DNA of 42,816 nucleotides, from positions 1-42,816 of the forward strand of contig JBDOQK010000092.1 in assembly GCA_040437565.1 (NCBI GenBank), in the 5' to 3' direction. The position numbers and the translations under genes are program-made. Positions 34,716-42,816 of this stretch are shown piece after piece; the first letter of the stretch is position 1; each line of letters begins with the position of its first letter. The notes under the pieces were generated by a model. That model saw nothing but the letters and a program-made list of their open reading frames with translations. It did no database searches and was not told the DNA's origin. Source of the stretch: Albugo candida (Eukaryota).

Positions 34716-35960
34716 CAAGACTTTTTTCGTGAAAGCGACACATGGCCAACGAAGGAAGATTTCGTCGCCAACTATTACAACGACGAAGAGCTGAACACAT
34801 CGGATATGGCTGAAGAAAAGTTGCTGAGTCGACTTTACAATGAAGTCACTCAGATTCTCCAGCGTATCCACTCGACGATTGGTCTCATCGTTTGGATTAT
34901 ACCAACCACAAGTGGCAGATCATTTTATGGGGAAGTAAAAACCAAAGAAAGCAAACATTATTTTCCATCTATTTCACGCGCAAAACTCTCACGAATCGTC
35001 TGGAAACCTCCCGAACCAGCCAAGAGCCATCCGATGTCGACACATTGGTCACCACGGGAGAGATCGAACGCATTGGATTCAGAACGAGTTCGAACTTTTA
35101 TGGCTACATCACGGCATCTTCGAAAACGTGTATTACCAATTTTTGAGGATTTACAATTTCATCTAGCCTTTCGGATGCTGCCAGTTCGATCTCGTTTCTG
35201 GTTCTTAAAGGATATTAAGCCCGGCATTATATTGTGCACGCAGCCTTCTTCTGGGGCAGTGCAATCCGATCAACATCTCTTTCTAGAGTGCGATCACACG
35301 GCACAGTTATGAAAAGAGTTACTCCCTAGTTGGGATCAGTTTTTCTCCTTTCGACCAGGTTGGACGCATATTGCATGTGCAATCGTACCAACACTACGGT
35401 CGGATTGGAAAGATTATCAGCAATTATATCGGATGTATGGCTTGCATTGCAAGCGGTGACAGCGCACTTCGTCTGGACAGATCGGAATCGCGTTTGTTCG
35501 ATCAGCGATCAGCAACTCCGACAGTTCCAGCACTTTCCGTCATTTACACCACTTTTAGTGTACACGTTCGGTACTTTCGAAGACAGTGTTACGACCAAGA
35601 CGAACGCAGTCGGCTTGCAAAGGTGCTGGACCAACTAGAACAGCAAGGATCATTTGGTGGATTTTTCAGAAGCCGAAGATCATTACTGCGGGTACGGCAC
35701 AGGCGAGCGGAAAGGCAAGTGCAACTCGGGTCCTAGTCCTAGTTGGCTGGTTATGTTCACCTTAGTGTGGCGCACACCAGTTTGCAAACCACGGTACTTT
35801 TGGACCGTTTTTACAACTTTACAAACTTACCACTTCACAACTTTACAACTTTCAACATCTATCCGTTACACGATGGACACACTCTCTCTCGTACTGTAGT
35901 GGTGAACGCTACCGCACTGCAGAACTAGCAACGAGGGACATTTTATCATCTCTTACAGGT
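34716..35960 (+). mobile_element. L1/Tx1-like LINE 3' end (zf-RVT domain and 3' UTR)
   Basis: LQFHLAFRMLPVRSRFWF...C...QSDQHLFLECDHTAQL; HFVWTDRNR; 3' UTR with degenerate (CTTTACAA)n at about 35808-35856. Confidence 0.85.
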
Positions 35961-36029
35961 ATTTTACGAAACGTTTAATATATGTATATATGTTATTTAA
36001 GATAGCCTAGGCAACTAGAGAAGTCAGTT

Positions 36030-39000
36030 AGTCTAATTCTAGTAATATAGACACCTTCAACTGAGTCACATTCTTTTGAAACTGGTAAATCATCCACAAA
36101 GTCAATAGATACCACTTCCTAACCTTCTTTTGGAACTGACCTTATCGATCTTTTTGAACTTGCCGGATTTTCATCTGATGCATGTTTTACATGTAGATAC
36201 ATATTTTATTACATCTTTTCTAGTATTGGCCAGTGATACCACTGTGCTCTCTTGTATCCATTGCGCTGGATTCTCGGATGGGTTGCTGGTGGTCCGTCGT
36301 GCGATTCGACGATTATGTTTTTGCCAATTTTGTAATTGTTTGGGGCACAAAAGCGTTTACCGTTGTGATCTGATTGCAGATACACCAAGCCTTTCAACTT
36401 CACAAATTTGACGGTATCGTGTATTTCAGAGCCATTCCGTATAGCACTGAAATTAGGATCTGTATCATACGTCTCTTGAAACCTTTTTTAATTGACGTTC
36501 ATAAATGCGTACTCACGATAGTAGTATCGATGATGTGAAACTGGTCCAACGTGTCCATGCTCTTCCGGTACCTGACGCACTCAAATATCAAGCGCCTTTC
36601 CCCGATTGTTCACATCGTCGAGGATCATGTGCATCGCAACATAATCGACGCATTCATTAGGTTGATGCTATCGAAAGTGACAACGACCAGCTGTACCACG
36701 TTAAAAACACATCTTTCCATACAAACAATGAAGGCTGCGAAGAAGTTTCGGGGGGCGTCACTAGACGGGATAATGCGTCCGCATCAACGTTGTGTAACCC
36801 TTTGACGTGATGGAGAACTGAATCGAGCCAATTTCGGCGAGACCTTTGAATGATGCAGCATCCAACGACACGCAGAATTATCCGTATATGCATCGAATGG
36901 CCTAGTGGTGCCGCGAATTCTAGCTTGATGGTTGGTAACGTTTTCAGTGAGGGGCCAATGAATTTCATGCTGGCCTAATTTGTTTGGATAAAACGCAATC
37001 CGATGTATGCGTCACCAAATTTTTGCAATGACACTGCAATAAGTGCGGGGTTTGATATCCTGAATCGTNNNNNNNNNNNNNNNNNNNNNNNNNNNNNNNN
37101 NNNNNNNNNNNNNNNNNNNNNNNNNNNNNNNNNNNNNNNNNNNNNNNNNNNNNNNNNNNNNNNNNNNNATGTATGCGTCACCAAATTTTTGCAATGACAC
37201 TGCAATAAGTGCGGGGTTTGATATCCTGAATCGTCATTGTAATAAAGAACTTGACAGAAAAGTCCGAAAACTTCAAAAAAGGCGCTTGTTGGAGTAAAAT
37301 ATAGACTGAGACACGCTTTCTTCTGGATAAGAGCCCAATATCATTAATTATCCTGTTTCATGGGACGGCTGAGAGGTTATGCAAGCGTTGCAAAATCACA
37401 GACACATGCTAAGCCAAGAAAACTAAGTAGTCCATGCTTCAATCGTGGCGCATTCATTTGTCCAATCACAACGCTCTTCTTCGTGTCAATCGATTATTCT
37501 TGACCAGATACTGTGTGGCCGAGATTCAATTTCAGGTAGAACAAAGGGTCACTTATAACGATGTGCGTACAGGTCTTGATATCGTAAAACCTCTCCGAGT
37601 GCTCGAAAGGGCTCTCCATGTGCGGCTTGGTCCCTTAAAAAGATGCAAATGTCGTCCCAATACACGACAACAAAGGTGAATTTATCGTAAAAGATCGCAT
37701 TAGTCGTGACCAGATGTCTGGCATATCTGATAAACTCTTTGTTTCAAAACACCTATTAATTGTTTCTTTGAGCGGTCAAAAATCTTCGTCCTGCCGTGAG
37801 TTGTTTGCGACTAGCATTTCATCGCATCCCTCAGGTTAACCGATGACCGTAGATATCATGCTTCCTTGCATTTTTACAAATAGCTCGTTAATTTAGGGAA
37901 GGCGTATTTGAGGAATACGTGTCTGACTATGCACGTGCTGATAGTCAATAATATATCTGATTGATACCCAGGTATTCCCGGACCTGAGCCACTCTGATCG
38001 TTATGAAATGGATTATGTAACTGAATTCTTCTTGGGTGCCCCGAATGTATTAGAAACCAATGGCGGATTGGATACTTCGATCTATCACAAACGTATCTTG
38101 TCTGGGACAAACTCCTCGAATTCATCCTGGATAGGCGGCATACACCCTTAGGTTTATTCTGAACATCGTCCTCATATTAACTCAGACATAACCGTCTTCT
38201 AGAGGTATGTTGTCTGGAAACATATCGGAAATTTGTTTTAGCAATATTGTATGAATGAAGGTGCTTCTTTGATACTCAAGTAACATTTCTTGATCAGGTA
38301 TACTCACAAAACGCTCCATCCTGTATGTTTTGGACAAACTCTTTGAAATTTTCCGAGAAATCCAATATCATGATAGTGGTTCTGTTCGATGTCAAATTGA
38401 ACTTTGCCTTGGAAGTACCAGAAAAATTATTCGCATCTGTTCTTAAGTCTATGATGTTCTAAAAAAAGAAGTAGCGCCATGGTTTGCCCAGAGTCACGTC
38501 GTCTTTTTCTCAATTTTCGTCCATTTTGTGAACGTTAAAAGGTCCGCCTCTCCATAATAATGGCGACTTGTACCTTCTTCACATTTTGACTTCGGCTATC
38601 ACCATCGAACGCATACACATGTACATGATGCGTGCCCAAGGTCTTTTTTGCGATTACGGGTCGAAACAAATTAACGCTTGATCCTCCATCTACGACAGCC
38701 TTGACCGTTTTCTTTTTGGTGTGTGCGGTATCCTAATTAGTGCGCTGGCATCTCTATATTCAGCGTTATCGACGTTACACGTTGTTATAATCGTCTCTGA
38801 TTTTGTCTTCTTGCTTTTGATTGAGCTCACGTGCCTCTCCACGTCCTTTCCTGTCTGTCACGGTACAAGCGCATTAATATCATGAACGTCATGGATTCTT
38901 AAAACCATGTCACAGCCGTCTTAGCCTTCAGTAGGTCTTGCTAATGTATCTCACATGGTCAATCTCCATGGGTTAGGACTCATTATATCGCCGCTGGTAC

Positions 39001-39950
39001 TCATTACTCACGAGATTTGTTCCTGAATCATGTCGGCTCGCTGATGTTCATTGCGCAACTATGTCTCCTGGCGCTAAATGATACCTTCCATCAATTCTTT
39101 GTACTTTTTTTGTAAACGATAATACTTTAAATCCACTTTGATGGCTTCAGTAAGTGTTTTAACGCGCCTATATTGTTTGTATCTATTCTTTTGTTCGACT
39201 TTGTAAACCGCGCTGAAATGAATAACCTTGTCACGCTCACTCATACTACGTATTTGAATGATGATACGCCGCGTAAGTGTAATGTGACTCGATATGTCTC
39301 GACAATCGCGCTGTTAAGGATCATTCACTGGTATCTTGAACGTTGTTGTAATCCGCTGGCACAAACTCCCGATACAGCTCGATACAGATATCATCAACAG
39401 TAGCGATCAAATTTCTATGGACTGAAAATCACTTTGCAGCTTCTCCTCTCAAGGTACTAACTAGGGTCGCCACAATTTGGTAGAACATACCACTGACTCG
39501 CACGCTAATCTTTTAGCGCAAAAATACTGATCTACTTGTCGGAGTACAATTGTGCGGATAGCACGACCACTGTATGCGGCAACCTGACAACATCCGTCTT
39601 TAGCTCTGTGCCACGGGCTATTTATGCATTTGCCCTAATATTGCTTGTTGTCTTGTCATCATCGCCACCATTTGTCGCATCAACTACGCGTTCGATGATG
39701 GTTCCATTATCTAGATAGTACTTGCCTTTCGACAAATCAGATATCCTTTACTTCTATATGAGCACATGGATACTTGACGAGCGTTTAATTTCCAAGTAAT
39801 CTCTTCCACTCATACGTCAGTAGCATCTGAGCAAATATCAATCTCCTTTTTCCTCGAAGGTACTACCCAAAAGAACGGATCAATTGGCTATAAGTGTGCG
39901 TGATATATTGAGTCCGGACCAAGATGTCGAGAGCCGAAAAGAGCTTGAAG
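36030..39950 (-). mobile_element. Old Gypsy internal region (gag-PR-RT-RH-IN), heavily degenerate
   Basis: KAVVDGGSSVN (protease, ~38700), VVYWDDICIF (RT, ~37650), HVKGLHNVDADALSR (RNase H end), SHDGPPATHP...WYHWP (integrase zinc finger). Confidence 0.85.
37003..37234. other. Gap-flanking exact duplication (assembly artefact)
   Basis: 37003-37068 equals 37169-37234 (66 bp). Confidence 0.9.
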
Positions 39951-39953
39951 AGG

Positions 39954-39970
39954 ACCAACAAGTGCTACCA
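39954..39970 (-). promoter_or_regulatory. Primer binding site
   Basis: TGGTAGCACTTGTTGGT 2 nt from the LTR, identical to 9178-9194. Confidence 0.88.
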
Positions 39971-39972
39971 CT

Positions 39973-40178
39973 TGTCGTTTCCCCCAATATTTTGATAGGT
40001 CCTTAGTTCGCTACGCTACTTTTAAGCTTTTCCCGGTGTACGAATTCTCCCTCAAGCCAGTCATATGAAGTTGTAAAAAGACACGTACTTACGCACGGTA
40101 TAGAATATATATGTAATTCGGATGATGACATGTAAGCCTATGCGCTATGAACATGGTCTTGACATGTTCATTATGACA
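39973..40178 (-). repeat. Gypsy 5' LTR (206 bp)
   Basis: TGTCAT...CGACA on the element strand, adjacent to the PBS and homologous to 32885-33090. Confidence 0.85.
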
Positions 40179-40627
40179 GGTACAATGACAAAAAAAAATC
40201 AGAATGAAAAGTTTAACGGTTTGAGAATACATTGGGATAACAGATAGAGTAATCCTCCCGGATAGAATTGAGCATTTTAATGCAGAAAAAATAACCCTCT
40301 GCATCATTTCTCACCTCGGCCTTTCTTTTGTAGCCTTTTAGGGAATCTTCACACTCGTTGGCCAGAACCGCTTTTTCATGCATAAAAAACTGGTTATTAT
40401 GTATCATCAATCTACCGGAATTAAACGTTCTAGCAATAATGGATACTCAATCGAAGGATGGATAGATCAAATATGATTTTTGAGGTGTACTTATCGAAGC
40501 CAAGAGTAAACAGGCTACACTTAATTAGAGCAGAAGCAAACGCACAGCTTGTCCTTCTTTACCACAATCATTGACCTCGTGTGTGACTTGGTTATCGTAG
40601 ACGCATCTTCCGATTCATGAATCATTA

Positions 40628-42280
40628 TGTCAGTGCTGTTAGAAGATGTTCGATATGCACGCTATTATTTAAGGACCGTGTGGTTTGAAATAGTGCACGA
40701 TGTTGTAGTTCGTAGGCGGATGGAGTACATAGCTGAATTCATATGGCAACAGTTAAGACAAGATTCACATTTTTGCACTAAAACATAGAGGCAAGGGAAA
40801 TTAATAGGTTTGAGATCAAAGACGCCTGTCGTATACACGCGCGCCGAGGGTGCGCAAACGATACCAGACGCCTTCGTACAATTCGACATATCTCCACCCA
40901 GCGAGACTGCAGTTACAGATGCTAGTGAGTTGAGAGGTGCCTCCAGTGATGTGAGCCTCAAGACACTCAAGGCATTGACAACCATGAAGTAACGCATGAG
41001 TCGCCTGGAGATGTCACAGCTCAAAAGAGAAGAAGACGAGCGCATGAAGGAAGCTCCTGCACGAGCCTCCGCCTGTCCGTGCTCCAGCACCAAGGGTACC
41101 AGATTTTCAGATCTCAATGTACCTTCAGCATCAAGAATATGTAGCCATGAGGCAAGGACAACCAATGTCTCGGACCTAGATGCTACAGCAAGCACCCATA
41201 CCACCCAACGCACCTCCAAATTAGAACTCACTTCAGTTGGTTGGAGCTAGAAGGCCTGATGCTCTGCAGAGAAAACTGTCTATCCGACATTTTGATGGAA
41301 AGAAGCTCTACGAAGGGCTTAGTTCTGGATTTTTGGATTGGAGTCGTCGTTTCGTTCGACAGCTGGTGTTGGATCAGAAGGCGTGTGGTTTAGAGTGGTC
41401 AGAAGAATTCAAGGCTGGCCTCACGGGTCACTGTCTGAGTGGCACTGCGGAGCGGGATTACCACAGGCAACTAGAGACCTGGTGGCACCAGCGACCGATG
41501 CTGCAATACGTCATGGAATTTTTGCACCAGACATTTCGGAAGACTATCATTCAAGTTGAAGCAAACAAGCTTCCGACCGCGAGAAAGAACCCGAAGCGTT
41601 CTTGGCCCGAACATTTGCTATATCTAGTCGCTGTGAGTGATGCGACGAGCGGCGCAAAGGCGCTAGTGCTCGAAAATATCTTCCAGTACGCATCAACTGA
41701 CCGCCGGCATGTGTTCATGGCTAAGTACGATAATTCTCGTATGGATTATTTACGACACGCCGAGGAGCTAGTGCATTTCAGGAAAGCGATTGAAACTGAT
41801 GTGCGTGGTGCGAAGGCTACCGAGAAGGATGTCGTACTGAATGTAGGAGCAGCACAGCCACGAAACAATACCCGAACTTGTTACAATTGCAACAAAATTG
41901 AGCCTGTTGCAGTTGTATAGCCGTGAAAAGAAAACAAGATGTGGAGAAAAAGGACAAAAACTTGGTACTCATATGACTATTGCTGTAGTGGATGATCGAA
42001 AGATTTTTCAAAATCGATGGATTCTGCGGGTCCAGTCGACACCTTGTGAACGACAAGAGAATGATTGAATAATCTCGTGATTGTGACAGAGGATGCATGT
42101 TACCGATGGAAGATGACTTCGTGTCACGATCGTTGGTTCAGTTCTGCTTCGTATAACTGTGTCTGGAATACCTCCTACCGTGCGATTAACTATTGTCCAC
42201 CTTGCCCCATAAATTACAAGAATAGTATGTAAACTTGGAGAAAAATGGTTCCAAACTTGTATATGTGAATGGTTTTCACT
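40628..42280 (+). mobile_element. gag: Copia 5' part: putative LTR (~40630-40806), degenerate PBS, gag, protease
   Basis: RPDALQRKLSIRHFDGKKLYEGL..GFLDW, WPEHLLYLVAVS, degenerate knuckle CYNCNK, RWIL-GSSRHLVND. GGTTTGAG after TTAATA resembles AACA-GGTTATGAG. LTR limits are uncertain. Confidence 0.8.
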
Positions 42281-42326
42281 CACTGGTGCATTTCAAGGCC
42301 GTTGCGGCGATGTTTGGTGTACAAAT

Positions 42327-42816
42327 TGTTAGTTCTGGAAGGTAAAATGAGAAACTCAATGTTTCTGGAGCTTATGATCTTTGGTTACCTTGCCTGTCCG
42401 TTATCGTCCGTTACCATCGCTCACTCATGTAGGCCCATAAGATGCTCCACTTGTTCCGAAAGTCGCATGACTTCAACTTCACTAGTCGCGCCCTTTCACA
42501 TGTACAGTCGCACCTTTCACGCGAAAAGTCGCGGCCTTTCGACACTCCTTCTCGAATGTCTTTACATCATCGAGATCAGCTTGCACAGCTCCGTCAATCT
42601 CGGTGCGGCGAACGTCTTGGTGAGAAGATCAGCTCGCATTAAACGCGACTCGCAATAAACCACCTTGATCACTTGTTTCTTGCTGTAATCCTTGATAAAC
42701 TTGAGACATACTGCGATGTGTTCCGCTCTTCCCGCGCTATCTTCGCCTTATATTTGCTTAATAGCAGCTTGATTATCAACGTGCATTAGCAACGGCTTGG
42801 TCACGCTCACTCCAAT
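42327..42816 (-). mobile_element. Copia 3' end: RNase H C-terminus, PPT and LTR (~42327-42544)
   Basis: MHVDNQAAIKQI...AEHIAVCLKFIKD...MRADLLTK, then GAGAAGGAG followed by TGTCGA. The distal LTR boundary is uncertain. Confidence 0.85.

Overview
Eukaryotic, repeat-dense, gene-poor scaffold segment with eleven 100-N gaps. The TE families and gene relics point to an oomycete, probably a downy mildew (inference). It is mostly decayed transposons: a full-length Gypsy chromovirus (2741-9590, 5-bp TSD CAGAG), an older Gypsy relic (32885-40178), five or six Copia fragments, two Tc1/mariner DD34E elements with intact TIRs, a MULE relic with an intron, and RTE and L1-like LINE 3' ends. Host-gene relics are a kinesin-1 tail pseudogene split by the Gypsy, a signal-peptide/RxLR-like gene with one in-frame stop (156-848), and a probable CRN-type NTPase pseudogene. 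Several exact duplications flanking gaps are assembly artefacts. I found no intact novel multi-gene system. The best leads are the effector-like gene, the split kinesin, an unassigned repeat-protein relic (GIATxPxxNENTGI, 32.3-32.9 kb), symmetric inner repeats in the Tc3-like element, and PBS sequences that predict the host initiator tRNA. All family calls come from motif recognition, not database searches.
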